A DNA stretch of 63,658 bases, counting the filler, from Nitrospiraceae bacterium (lineage in GTDB: Bacteria > Nitrospirota > Nitrospiria > Nitrospirales > Nitrospiraceae), in assembly GCA_037442105.1 (NCBI GenBank). It is 3 parts of 3 records of this genome, joined end to end, with 100 filler letters (N's around TTAATTAATTAA, not from the genome) between each part and the next. Parts side by side here need not be neighbours in the genome. Positions count along the whole stretch, not along the records: positions 28,833 to 52,313 come from JBBIQV010000040.1; positions 52,414 to 63,658 come from JBBIQV010000056.1; 1 more part is not named here. One strand, given 5' to 3'. The notes beneath the pieces are model-generated. The model was given only the letters and a program-made list of their open reading frames with translations. It was not told where the DNA came from and did not search any database. A program made the translations under genes and the position numbers. Within the stretch, counting starts at the first letter, position 1, and each line of letters begins with the position of its first letter. This document shows positions 51,819 through 61,917 of the stretch, one piece after another.

Positions 51819-52190
51819 ATGTCAAACGAAGCAATTCCACTGAACTATCTGCCGATCCTGGCCTTTATCGTCATTGCGATAGGCTTTGGCGCCGTGTCTC
51901 TCCTGCTCGGCTGGATCGTCCGTCCCAGTCGCCCATACCGCGCCAAACTGGCTCCGTATGAAAGCGGGAGCCCTTTGTTCTCCGACGCCCGCGTCCAGTT
52001 CCCCATGCGGTACTACATCATCGCGATGCTCTTCGTGATCTTCGACATCGAAATCGTCTTCCTGTTTCCGTGGGCCGTCGCATTCAAGAAACTCGGTCTC
52101 GTCGGACTCGTAGAGATGGCGTTCTTCATCGGCATCCTGGTGGTGGGACTCTGGTACGCCTGGAAAAAGGGGGCGTTAGAATGGGACTGA
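51819..52190 (+). CDS. nuoA: NADH-quinone oxidoreductase subunit A
   Basis: PYESG, FVIFDIE, WKKGALEW. Confidence 0.96.
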   Translation: MSNEAIPLNYLPILAFIVIAIGFGAVSLLLGWIVRPSRPYRAKLAPYESGSPLFSDARVQFPMRYYIIAMLFVIFDIEIVFLFPWAVAFKKLGLVGLVEMAFFIGILVVGLWYAWKKGALEWD

Positions 52191-52200
52191 CGTTGGCGCG

Positions 52201-52260
52201 AATGGAAAATTCAAAATTAAAAATGAACCCGTCAACAACTTTTAATTTTACATTTTACAT
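52201..52260. repeat. AT-rich heptamer repeat with inverted arms
   Basis: aatggaa aattcaa aattaaa ... tttaatt ttacatt ttacat. Confidence 0.65.
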
Positions 52261-52313
52261 CAGTAGTGTCCCAACGTTACTCAAACAAATTCAATTGGTT
52301 GCTGGCTTCTGAT

Positions 52314-52413
52314 NNNNNNNNNNNNNNNNNNNNNNNNNNNNNNNNNNNNNNNNNNNNTTAATTAATTAANNNNNNNNNNNNNNNNNNNNNNNNNNNNNNN
52401 NNNNNNNNNNNNN
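52314..52413. other. Artificial contig linker
   Basis: N run with TTAATTAATTAA. Confidence 0.97.
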
Positions 52414-52532
52414 TCAGCCCACGGTCCTCGGTCCATCCAGTCCCACACGAACCCGACCACCTCCCTTCCTGCCTTGACATTGAGAAATACACACAACTCC
52501 CTCCCACTCTTCTAGATTCACTTGAAAGCCTG

Positions 52533-52549
52533 AGCAAAGGTGTTGCCAA
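52533..52549 (-). promoter_or_regulatory. Sigma-54 (-24/-12) promoter
   Basis: Minus strand TTGGCAACACCTTTGCT fits GG-N10-GC; next to a sigma-54 activator gene. Confidence 0.7.
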
Positions 52550-52927
52550 CGAAGGTTATCCTGATATCTATTTTTCAGAACATCAGTAACTTATTGAAAA
52601 CACGAATTGTTCTAAATTTTCTGATCTTCAAGATGAATCAAGGAGATGGACGCGGAGACTCGAAAGCGACTAAGCAGATATGCGTGCCTGAGGTGAGTGA
52701 ACGGAAGCCACTGTTTACAGAGGTATTTTCAGCCGCATAACGGCGTATGCCCTCACCTAGGCGAGTGCTTTTCACTGGTAAACTATCTGCGAGTCAGTAG
52801 TGAGTGAATGAACATGTCACCGGAACGACACGCGGAGTGAGAGAAGCAGGAAGATGTGAAAGGGATAAAGAAGTACCCGTCGAGAGACCCGGCAAAACAG
52901 GTAACAACGGAACGCTCTGAGGAGCTT

Positions 52928-54400
52928 CTATTCCTCCTCGCCGGACTCGTGTGAATCTAAATAGCGCTTCATCAAGAGCGAGAAGTGTTGCCGCGGAATC
53001 TGACTGCTTTCTGCCGCCTTCGTAATGACACCCTGGTGAATCGCCAACTTGGCCTTCAGGTAGGCACGGGTAAAATCACCCAACGCCTTTTCCTTGGCCT
53101 CCATGTAGGGCAGCGTCACATACGAGCCGCCACTGCCGGCTGGCAACGACTGGGGCGCAGCGGGCAGCAAGGCGTTGACCTCGCGATCGGTAATGGTTTC
53201 CTCAGTGGCCAACATCAGCGTACGTTCCAGCACGTTCCTTAGCTCTCGCACGTTGCCCGGCCAGGGATAGGCCGTCAACGCGTCGATCGCGGCCGAATCG
53301 AACCGGCAATATGGCTTCCCCATTTCCGTTCCAAGCTGAGCCAGCAGATGGCGGGCAATCACGGGAATGTCGTCGGGTCGTTCTCTAAGCGGAGGAACGG
53401 GGATGGACACCACGGCCAATCGGTAATAGAGATCCTTGCGAAAGGTCCCGTTCTTCACTTTTTCCTCAAGGTTTTGGTTCGTGGCGGCAATAAACCGCAT
53501 GTCAACACGCTTGACGCGGGTTCCCCCGACCGGACGGACTTCGCTGTCTTCCAACACTCTGAGCAATTTCGTTTGCAACAGGAGCGGGAGGTCGCCGATC
53601 TCATCGAGAAACACGCTGCCTCCGTTCGCCAGTTCGATGAGACCCGGCTTGTCCGAGATCGCCCCGGTGAATGCCCCCCGGACATGGCCGAAGAGTTCGC
53701 TTTCTACCATTCCTTCCGGAACCGTCGTACAGTCAATGACTTGAAAGGGCTTGTCGCGCTCGCGACTCTGCTCGTGGATCGCTCGGGCGATCAGCCCTTT
53801 CCCCGTGCCGGTTTCTCCTGTGATCAAGACGGTAGAACGAACCTGCGCCGCCTCCCGGACTCGACGCATGATGGTTTCAAAGGCCCGGCTCGACCCGACG
53901 AGAGTCCCCGCGTGTCCCTCGTGTTGCTGAGCCATCCGTTCGTAGGCGGAATTCCGGCGAAGAATTTCAGAGATTCGGATGGCACGATGCAGCCGGGCGC
54001 CCAAATCCAACGCGTTGACCGGTTTCACGAGGTAGTCATAGGCGCCACGCCGCACAGCCTCCACGGCCATCGGCACATCGTTCATCCTCGTCACAACCAA
54101 CACCGGGAGATTCCGGTCGATTTCCTGCAGACGACTCACCAGCCCCAACCCGTCCATGCAGGGCAAAACCAAGTCGGTTAAGACGAGATCGACGGGACGT
54201 TCATTTAAGAGATTGAGGGCGCCTTCCGCCGTTGCACGCACTTCGAACTCGAGCTCTCCTTCAATGGTCTTCAGCTCGGCCTCCTCCAAGGCGTGCAACA
54301 TCAACTCGACATCGGAGGCATTGTCTTCCACGACCAGGACCGTAAACGGCGCGTGCCTCTTTCGGGAACCGGTCCGTACATCAACCATGCTGCTCGTCAT
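52928..54400 (-). CDS. Sigma-54-dependent response regulator (NtrC family)
   Basis: REC domain, GETGTGK, GAFTGA, WPGNVREL. Confidence 0.93.
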   Translation of the reverse strand: MTSSMVDVRTGSRKRHAPFTVLVVEDNASDVELMLHALEEAELKTIEGELEFEVRATAEGALNLLNERPVDLVLTDLVLPCMDGLGLVSRLQEIDRNLPVLVVTRMNDVPMAVEAVRRGAYDYLVKPVNALDLGARLHRAIRISEILRRNSAYERMAQQHEGHAGTLVGSSRAFETIMRRVREAAQVRSTVLITGETGTGKGLIARAIHEQSRERDKPFQVIDCTTVPEGMVESELFGHVRGAFTGAISDKPGLIELANGGSVFLDEIGDLPLLLQTKLLRVLEDSEVRPVGGTRVKRVDMRFIAATNQNLEEKVKNGTFRKDLYYRLAVVSIPVPPLRERPDDIPVIARHLLAQLGTEMGKPYCRFDSAAIDALTAYPWPGNVRELRNVLERTLMLATEETITDREVNALLPAAPQSLPAGSGGSYVTLPYMEAKEKALGDFTRAYLKAKLAIHQGVITKAAESSQIPRQHFSLLMKRYLDSHESGEEE

Positions 54401-56538
54401 ACGGCTCCTTTCTTGTCGATGCCCATACGACCAGGGTGCGTATCGGGCGGCACTGCGCCGAAGAGATCGGACGAGAGTGTGTCTACCGGCACAACCTCGG
54501 GAGAGGATGACGGCGGCTTAAAATCGCTGAGCGCCGGCAGCGTAAACTTCACGGTGCAGCCGGTCCCGGTATCCGATTCAATCCACACCGTCCCTCCATA
54601 CAGTTCGACAATACGTTTGACGATCGCCAGTCCGATTCCGCTGCCCTGGGCCTCATTTTGTTGCAGCCGGACAAACGGCTCAAACACCCGCTCACGCTGC
54701 GACGGTGGAATCCCGATCCCGCGGTCGCTGACTCCAAAACAGACCATGTGCTCATGACGTGTGCACGTGATCCTGATGTCTGGAGGTGTCCCTGCAGGGG
54801 TAAACTTCATCGCATTGGAGATTAAATTATCGAACACTTGGCGCAGGTAATCACCGTGGCACGCGACAAGCGGGAAAGATGGCTCCACGTGAAGATGCGC
54901 CCGGCACTCTTCGAGCTCGCCGGCTCTGGCTTTCAATACTTCGCCGATCACCACCGCGGCATCGACGGCCACGACCACCGCCTGCCTGGTCCCCACTTGC
55001 GCCGTGGCCAGAATGTTTTCGACTCGCTCGACCAGTTCCTGCCCGTTCTGCTCGATCATGGATAGCCACTTCTCCGCCCGCTGATCCAGCCGCTCATGGT
55101 ACTCCTTGCGCAAGATGGAGGCCAACCCCTCCATACGCTGCCCCGGCCCCTTCAGATCATGCGCTAAAGTCTCGGCCAGGTGTTCGAGCTGCCGCAATCG
55201 TGCCGCCAACCCTTTTTGTTTTTCGTACGCCGCCTCATAGAGACGCGCGTTTGAAATGGCAAGCGCAGCCGCTTCGCCCAGGCCGGTGGCCAGGCGCACG
55301 TTCCAATGGTCCCTTCCCGCTTTGCGGTCCCTCAGGAGGACCAGGACGCCGAAAGATACTCCTTGCGCGAGCAACGGAATCGAGAGCATGCTGTCGCCGA
55401 TTCGGTTTCTTCTTGTCACTTGCGGTCGGTCGTCGCTGCGCAGATTCTCGCCGATCGCCGGTTGACGCGTTTCAAACGCCTTGACGGACACGGGAAGCTC
55501 CTCCCATAACATCACGGTCTTCTTCAAGCGGTCGTTCCATTCACCCGATGCGGCTTCGACCACCCAGCATCCCATCTGATCGTTCCGCTGCAAGACGAGG
55601 CATACATCAGCTTTGATTAGGTCAACGGCACGGTCGGTAATCCGCTTCAGCGCGCCCCCCAATCCGTCCGGACCGATGGTATTGATCTCATGGCTGATCG
55701 CATTGATCGTTTCCAATTCACGGATATAGCCCTTGATCCGAAGGGCCATGTCCTCGTAGGAACGGGCAAGCTGGCCAAGTTCATCGGATGATTGAATGGA
55801 ACGAGACTCCAGCTCTTCTCCGGAATCCGACTCCTGATCCTGCCCAAACCGCGCGACGGAAGAACGCAGGATCGATAAAGGCACCGTGAGAGAGGTCGCC
55901 AACAGACGCGCACCAATCAGACCGAGTGCCAACCCACCGGCAACCGCGAGCAGAAGCCCCCCAAATGCCACTCGAGACAATTCGACTGAGCTCTCCTCGG
56001 AACGATTCACCTCACGGTCCAACCGATCTTCGATCGCCCGCAAGTCATTTCGCAATTGATCCGAAAGAGAGAGCCCTTGCCCTGAACGTACGTAGCTGAG
56101 CACCTGCTCCTCCTGACCGGTTTGGAATTGCCGGAGCAGCAACTTTTTTGAACGAAGCAGCTCGCTGAGTCGCTCCTCCGCCTCTTGAACGTCGCTCGCC
56201 AGACCCGGAACGTGCCGCGCAAGTTCGGTCATTCTCTCAATGACCGGCTGGAGACGCGTTTCGGCCTCTTCCAAAGGGGCCAAGAATGCCGTTTGACGCG
56301 TGAGCAAGTAGCCACGGAAGGCATCTTCGATATCGACGGCGAGACGGCGAAGAATGTGCGTTTGTTCACGCGCCAGAATGGTGTGGTGGCGCTGCAGTTC
56401 GATCGTCAGCAGTTGCTGAATGAGATAGGCGTGTATGGCGATGGCGGACAGGAGCGGTACCAACAGGAGAAGCAGGATGGCCCAGACCTTATGCTGGACG
56501 CGCGACTGGGACCACAAACACCTTCCCAGGTTCAGCAT
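54397..56538 (-). CDS. Sensor histidine kinase (CHASE3-HAMP-GAF)
   Basis: FRGYLLT, DELGQLA, LAHDLK H box, NLISNA, GSGIGL. Confidence 0.92.
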   Translation of the reverse strand: MLNLGRCLWSQSRVQHKVWAILLLLLVPLLSAIAIHAYLIQQLLTIELQRHHTILAREQTHILRRLAVDIEDAFRGYLLTRQTAFLAPLEEAETRLQPVIERMTELARHVPGLASDVQEAEERLSELLRSKKLLLRQFQTGQEEQVLSYVRSGQGLSLSDQLRNDLRAIEDRLDREVNRSEESSVELSRVAFGGLLLAVAGGLALGLIGARLLATSLTVPLSILRSSVARFGQDQESDSGEELESRSIQSSDELGQLARSYEDMALRIKGYIRELETINAISHEINTIGPDGLGGALKRITDRAVDLIKADVCLVLQRNDQMGCWVVEAASGEWNDRLKKTVMLWEELPVSVKAFETRQPAIGENLRSDDRPQVTRRNRIGDSMLSIPLLAQGVSFGVLVLLRDRKAGRDHWNVRLATGLGEAAALAISNARLYEAAYEKQKGLAARLRQLEHLAETLAHDLKGPGQRMEGLASILRKEYHERLDQRAEKWLSMIEQNGQELVERVENILATAQVGTRQAVVVAVDAAVVIGEVLKARAGELEECRAHLHVEPSFPLVACHGDYLRQVFDNLISNAMKFTPAGTPPDIRITCTRHEHMVCFGVSDRGIGIPPSQRERVFEPFVRLQQNEAQGSGIGLAIVKRIVELYGGTVWIESDTGTGCTVKFTLPALSDFKPPSSSPEVVPVDTLSSDLFGAVPPDTHPGRMGIDKKGAV

Positions 56539-56743
56539 AGTGCACCCGCTCAGCAGCCGGTATTGCAGGAGTCCTTCGGCCCCTTCCGTTCATTCCGGGA
56601 CCACGAGCCGGCTGGGATTCTTGTCAAAGGCCAGAACCCGGTTCTTATACCCTCCCTCAAATTAAACAAACAAGGGGTTTGTGAAGAGGATGGGAAAACG
56701 AGACCCTTCACGCGCCCACCTCATTTTATGAGATAATGCCGCC

Positions 56744-58567
56744 ATGATCTTGAAGCGCTGGTTGGTAGGCGACCCTCTCAAGACCGCGCAGGCGGCGCAT
56801 GAACGGCTGTCCAAACGTCTGGCCCTCGCGGTCTTCTCCTCGAACGCAATTTCTTCCGTCGCCTATGCCACCGAAGAAATTTTGCTCGTCCTTATCTTGG
56901 CCGGTGCCGTCGCTGCGAGTTGGTCGGTCCCCGTCAGCATGGCGATCATCGGATTGGTCGCGGTGCTCACCATCTCCTATTGCCAGATCATCTTCGCATA
57001 TCCGGAGGGGGGCGGCGCCTACATCGTGGCCAAGTCGAACATCGGCGAGTGGCCCGCACTGACGGCAGCGGCTGCGCTGATGATCGACTATGTCCTGACG
57101 GTCGCCGTGAGCGTCGCGGCGGGTGTCGCTGCGATTACGTCCGCCATCCCAGTTCTGCTGCCGCATCGCGAAGCCGCGGGGCTGGCGGCTATTATTGCGA
57201 TCACGATCATCAACCTTCGAGGGGTCAGAGAGTCCGGACGATTTTTTGCGATTCCCACCCACATCGCCATCGTCGGCCTGTTGTTGATGGTCCTCACGGG
57301 ATTCGTCCGGATGCTGGCCGGCATCCCCGTTCAAGTGGACCCTGCCAAAAGCGGCTGTTCATGGCCGGTCACCGAGAGCGTCACCGTGTTCTTGATCCTT
57401 CGAGCTTTCGCCGCCGGATGCACGGCCGTCACAGGGATGGAAGTCATCTCAAACGGGGTCAAGGCGTTCAAGCACCCGGAGTCGCGCAACGCGGCCGTCA
57501 CAATGGTGGCCATGGCTTTGATCCTCGGCACTCTCTTCATGGGAATCAGCGCGCTTGCATACCAGTACGGCGTTATTCCATGCCAAGATGAAACCGTGGT
57601 CTCACAAATCGCGCGGGCGACGTTTGGTGACGGGGCCTTCTATTATTTCATCCAAGCCTCCACGATGCTGCTCCTCGTCCTAGCCGCCAACAGCGCCTTC
57701 GCAGGATTTCCCCATCTGGCGTCGATTCTCGCGCGTGACGGTTACATGCCGCATCAGATGGCCGGCATGGGCGACCGGCTGGTGTTCTCCAACGGAATCA
57801 TCATCCTCGGCGTGTTGGCCGGCCTGTTGCTGATCATGTTCAGGGGAGACACGCACGCGCTGATTCCACTCTATGCCGTGGGCGTATTCATCTCTTTTAC
57901 GTTGTCCCAGGCCGGCATGGTCCGGCGCTGGCTGGTCATGAAAGGGCCGCACTGGAGAAAGAAATTAGTGGTGAACGGCATCGGCGCGGTGACCACAGGC
58001 GTCGCCACCGCCATCATTACGGGCACGAAATTTCTCCATGGAGCGTGGATCGTCATCGTCCTACTTCCGATTCTCATCGTGATGTTTCTCGCGATCCGGT
58101 CTCACTATCAAGCCGTCGCCGAACAAATCGGGCTCGCGCGCGGCCATCGGCCTCCGTTGCCTCGTCGCAACACCGTGATCATTCCGATCGGCGGCGTGAA
58201 TCGCGCGGTCGTCCGCGCCGTGGACTATGCGCGCAGCCGTTCGGGCGACATCCGCGCGGTGCTCGTCGATGTCGACAAAGAGGAAACCGCCAAGACCGAA
58301 ATCCAGTGGGCGCAATGGGGTTGCGGCGTCCACCTGGTCGTGCTGCCCTCGCCCTATCGCTCCGTCATGGGCTCGCTGCTGGACTACATCGAAGAACTAT
58401 TGAAGAAGGACCCGGACGGCTGGGTTACGGTCATCATTCCCGAAATCCTGCCGGCTCGCTGGTGGCAGAACATTCTGCATAATCAGCGAGCCCTCATGTT
58501 GAAAGCGGCGCTGCTGTTCAAAGAACGCGTGATTCTCACGGACGTGCCGTTTCACCTGTCGAGATAG
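56744..58567 (+). CDS. APC-superfamily permease, KimA-like K+ transporter
   Basis: SSVAYATEE, YPEGGGAY, LIPLYAVGVF, LHNQ. Confidence 0.85.
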   Translation: MILKRWLVGDPLKTAQAAHERLSKRLALAVFSSNAISSVAYATEEILLVLILAGAVAASWSVPVSMAIIGLVAVLTISYCQIIFAYPEGGGAYIVAKSNIGEWPALTAAAALMIDYVLTVAVSVAAGVAAITSAIPVLLPHREAAGLAAIIAITIINLRGVRESGRFFAIPTHIAIVGLLLMVLTGFVRMLAGIPVQVDPAKSGCSWPVTESVTVFLILRAFAAGCTAVTGMEVISNGVKAFKHPESRNAAVTMVAMALILGTLFMGISALAYQYGVIPCQDETVVSQIARATFGDGAFYYFIQASTMLLLVLAANSAFAGFPHLASILARDGYMPHQMAGMGDRLVFSNGIIILGVLAGLLLIMFRGDTHALIPLYAVGVFISFTLSQAGMVRRWLVMKGPHWRKKLVVNGIGAVTTGVATAIITGTKFLHGAWIVIVLLPILIVMFLAIRSHYQAVAEQIGLARGHRPPLPRRNTVIIPIGGVNRAVVRAVDYARSRSGDIRAVLVDVDKEETAKTEIQWAQWGCGVHLVVLPSPYRSVMGSLLDYIEELLKKDPDGWVTVIIPEILPARWWQNILHNQRALMLKAALLFKERVILTDVPFHLSR

Positions 58568-58573
58568 ATACCA

Positions 58574-59629
58574 ATGACAAATGCAAAATGGAAAATGCAA
58601 AAAGCTATCCGCCCATTTTCCATTTTGAATTTTGCACTTTGCATTGGCCTGCTGACCCAGCAGGCACACGCCTTCAAGATCGTCGAGCCGTCGGAGGGGG
58701 CCTCGCTGAAGTCCGGGCAGACAATGACGGCCCATGTGAACTTGGGGAAAGACTTCGGCATCGTCAAGGTCCGCTACTATTGGTATGCCGAACAGGACGA
58801 CACTCTCGTCGAGCAGGAAGATGCCACAGCGACCGGTTCCATCGTCGCGCCGGTCGCGCTCATCGGCCTGGCCGACCATGATCCCGCCTTTGGAGGCACG
58901 TTGCTCATTCCCAAAGACGGCATCGGGCCGATGCGGCTCCTGGCGGTCGCCGAAATTTCGCGCGGGCGATTAGGGACCAGGTCCGTCTTCGATGAAATCT
59001 TGGTGCAGGTGGAACCTGAAGCGCCGCTTACGGCCATCGACTTCGAAACGGACAAGCCCTTGCAGCTCGGGCGGACCGGACAATCCTCCGCCTTCGGGCA
59101 CGTCGATTCGCTGGGCAAGATTTTCGAATTGCCGGTCGTGGGAGAATTTGCCGACGGCGTCACCAGGCGGATCAGTTCTCCCGCCACCGGCACAAGTTAC
59201 CAGTCCTCGAACTCCAAGGTCATCCAAGTGCTGCCCGGCGGCCTCTTGCAGATCGTCGGCAACGGGAAGACCACGCTCACCGTCACGAACCGCGGCAAGC
59301 AGGCCTCGCTGGATGTCAACGTTGAAGTAAACGACGAGCCGAACGAACCGCCGATCGCCGACGCAGGCCCGAACCGCACCGTGAAAGCCGGCGCCAAAGT
59401 CAAATTGAGCGGATTGAAAAGCCGCGACCCGGAAGGCGAAGCGCTCTACTACGCCTGGAGCCAAGTCCGCGGCAGCAAAGTCGCGCTCCTCGACGTCAAC
59501 AACTCGGAAGCCTCGTTTCAAGCCCCGCAGGTGTCCGAGCCACGCACCTACCGATTCAAGCTGCGCGTGACGGATAAAAAAGGGGCGGATGGTGTGCCGG
59601 CGTTTGTGGATGTGACGGTGGAACCCTAA
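58574..59629 (+). CDS. Exported protein with Ig-like/PKD domains
   Basis: AHA cleavage site, PIADAGP, SRDPEG, YAWSQ. Confidence 0.8.
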   Translation: MTNAKWKMQKAIRPFSILNFALCIGLLTQQAHAFKIVEPSEGASLKSGQTMTAHVNLGKDFGIVKVRYYWYAEQDDTLVEQEDATATGSIVAPVALIGLADHDPAFGGTLLIPKDGIGPMRLLAVAEISRGRLGTRSVFDEILVQVEPEAPLTAIDFETDKPLQLGRTGQSSAFGHVDSLGKIFELPVVGEFADGVTRRISSPATGTSYQSSNSKVIQVLPGGLLQIVGNGKTTLTVTNRGKQASLDVNVEVNDEPNEPPIADAGPNRTVKAGAKVKLSGLKSRDPEGEALYYAWSQVRGSKVALLDVNNSEASFQAPQVSEPRTYRFKLRVTDKKGADGVPAFVDVTVEP

Positions 59630-59633
59630 AAGC

Positions 59634-59665
59634 CGTGACGTGTGATGCGTGACGGGTGACGAGTG
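59634..59665. repeat. Heptamer repeat (nGTGAyG)
   Basis: cgtgacg tgtgatg cgtgacg ggtgacg. Confidence 0.65.
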
Positions 59666-59742
59666 CTGAGCGGGGGATTTAGCTTTGTCCCCAAGGATGA
59701 AAGCTGTTTATACTGGCCCCACATCTGGGGAGATGCTGATCG

Positions 59743-60033
59743 TTGGCAAAACAGGTCCTGGTCAGAATACGAGCCGCCGTCAAGCATGGCGCTTATGATA
59801 TGACTCAACATGCTTCGGAAGAGATGGCTGAAGACGAGCTCGATATTGTCGATGTCGAAACGTCGATCAGGAATGGTACACTCGTGAAGTCCGAGAAAGA
59901 CGACCCGCGCGGCACGAGGTATACCGTGCACGGAATCGGCGCCGATCACAAGACTCAAATTGGAACCGTCGGTCGATTTACCGAGACGGGTCGCTACTTG
60001 TTCATCACCGTGTTCAAGGTCACGGACCTTTAG
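59743..60033 (+). CDS. DUF4258-family putative toxin
   Basis: TQHASEEM, DPRGTRY, FITVF. Confidence 0.8.
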   Translation: MAKQVLVRIRAAVKHGAYDMTQHASEEMAEDELDIVDVETSIRNGTLVKSEKDDPRGTRYTVHGIGADHKTQIGTVGRFTETGRYLFITVFKVTDL

Positions 60034-60036
60034 TCC

Positions 60037-60282
60037 ATGAAGAAGCTCTTCGGATACAAGTGCGAGTTTTGCAGCGGCACCGTAAAGGGCAAACGAGTTG
60101 ATCGCGAAGCATTCAAGCACAAAACCGGCTTCGTGATTCTCGAACAGGTCACGATCGGCGTCTGCGACCAATGCGGAAGCCGCTATTACACGGCGGACAC
60201 CCTCAAACGCGTCCGCGCGATCGCGTCGGGAAAAGCCAAGCCCACCAGGACCCAACGCGTGCCTGTCGCCCAAGCCGTATAA
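60037..60282 (+). CDS. YgiT/MqsA-type zinc-finger antitoxin
   Basis: CEFC...VCDQCG. Confidence 0.85.
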   Translation: MKKLFGYKCEFCSGTVKGKRVDREAFKHKTGFVILEQVTIGVCDQCGSRYYTADTLKRVRAIASGKAKPTRTQRVPVAQAV

Positions 60283-60335
60283 ATCAAATCCAGCGTTCCG
60301 GCGTATAGTGGATGTGAGGGTGGAGCCCTGACAAA

Positions 60336-60407
60336 CGTGAAGCGTGATGCGTGAAGCGTATCTCGCAAATGCGAATACGAGATACGAAAGACGCTTCACG
60401 AACGACG
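60336..60407. repeat. Heptamer repeat hairpin (CGTGAAG)
   Basis: cgtgaag cgtgatg cgtgaag cgtatctcg ... cgagatacg ... cttcacg. Confidence 0.7.
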
Positions 60408-60967
60408 TTCCCATCCACCCTGCGGCCTCGTTGTATGACCGCTTTGAGCACCCTACAAAATAAAGAGGGAGTCCCATCTCCGAGCAATGAGAACTCCCTC
60501 TGAGGAACATCGAGGACTCCGGCGCTCACCTAATCATCTTGGTGAAACACGAGCGATACCCAAGGAGCTTGTCTCTGGGAGCCAGCTTTGTCGTTGCAGC
60601 TCGGATACCGACAATCTGTACTGCCCGAGGATCTTCGCATCAATCCCATGCTGCACCGCCCAGCAAGGCTCATTTGGCGTTCCTAAACCACCTGCGAGCC
60701 TGGGCCGCGATAAGTCCTCACAGGGCCATCAAAAGGGCTTTCAATGGCCTCACCTCCTCGGATTTATCGTACTACTTGCGCCACACGTAGGACAACACCC
60801 ACTCCTCCGTGTCTTCATCCCACTCCATACACTTATAACAATACTTTTTGCCTTCAGGATCAGGACTGTGCGACCCATACCAAGATTCACATGCTTCGAC
60901 ATATCTCAAATAGGTTTCGATCTTCATCTTACCTCGAACTTCTCCGGTTGGCCCACCCATAGTGCGC

Positions 60968-61020
60968 CTAAATTCCTTTTGGTCCGTAGGTTTGGCGGGC
61001 GTGGTGGAGTTTTTTCGCCC
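60968..61020 (-). repeat. Gene-3'-end repeat, copy 1 (KKLHHARQTYGPKGI*)
   Basis: Core GTTTGGCGGGC at 60990-61000. Confidence 0.7.
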
Positions 61021-61081
61021 AACGGCGGAAACTAGGACAGCATCTTTGGACAAGCATTACCCTCATCAGTATAATAGGCCT

Positions 61082-61276
61082 ATGTTGCGTTCACGAACCA
61101 CCAGAGGAAAGCGCCGGGCCAATGCACGGCGGCGCGTGAAAGCGCGAGCGTCGGCCCCTGTATGGAATGAACTCCTGCGCATTGCGCGAACGATTCCCGA
61201 ATCCGACCTCCATAAGCTTCCCACCGACATGTCCGTCAGTCACGATCATTATCTTCGTGGCGGCAACGGTTCGTGA
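61082..61276 (+). CDS. VapB-like antitoxin, probably leaderless
   Basis: LPTDMSVSHDHYL tail; TGGACA-N17-TATAAT ending 6 nt before ATG. Confidence 0.75.
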   Translation: MLRSRTTRGKRRANARRRVKARASAPVWNELLRIARTIPESDLHKLPTDMSVSHDHYLRGGNGS

Positions 61277-61776
61277 AACGCGTCTTTGCCGACACGGCCT
61301 ATTGGCTCGCGCTCACGAATTCCTTTGATCAGTACCACACCAAAGCCGTCGAGGTCTCCGAAGCCTTAGGTCCTTGTCGTTTGTTTACCACCGACCTGGT
61401 ACTTACCGAATACCTGAATGCCTTGGCCGACAAGAGTTCTCACATTCGTGCCGCGGCAGTTAAGATGGTCGAGACCATCCTGCGAAATCCACATGTCGCC
61501 GTGATTCCGATGAGCCGGCGTATGTTCACCGGAAGTCTCACATTGTACAGGGCTCGTCTCGACAAGGGTTATAGCCTCACCGACTGCAGCTCGATGCTCC
61601 TCATGCGGGATCGTCGCCTGTCGGAAGCCCTGACCACAGACCGGCATTTGAACAGGAAAGTTTCACAGCCTTGCTGCGCGTTCCCACTCGGCGACACCCA
61701 GCCGGCTGATCGAAGCCCACATCCCATCAGTGGGACGAGCAACGACTACGACTTGCTCAACCGCACCGGGCCGTAG
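61273..61776 (+). pseudogene. VapC PIN toxin with C-terminal frameshift
   Basis: VFADT, SLTDCSS, TTDRH; alternate frame continues EQESFTALL after about 61648. Confidence 0.7.
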
Positions 61777-61818
61777 GTTTGGCGGGCGTTGCGGAGTTCG
61801 TTGATGTACTTGCGGAGT
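61746..61818 (-). repeat. Gene-3'-end repeat, copy 2 (LRKYINELRNARQTYGPVRLSKS*)
   Basis: Core at 61777-61787. Confidence 0.7.
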
Positions 61819-61917
61819 GGAAAGCTGTTCGTATCCACTGGCGCGTTTGCCCTTCCCAAGCCTTTCCAATATGCTGAAACCAGTCTTGAGAGCCCAGCCC
61901 CGTAAAGGAGTCCGGTC

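Noticed and set aside
60487..61053. ORFs in the lower-GC stretch between TA cassettes
   Set aside because: No recognisable motifs; possibly a degraded foreign gene, but it cannot be called from sequence alone
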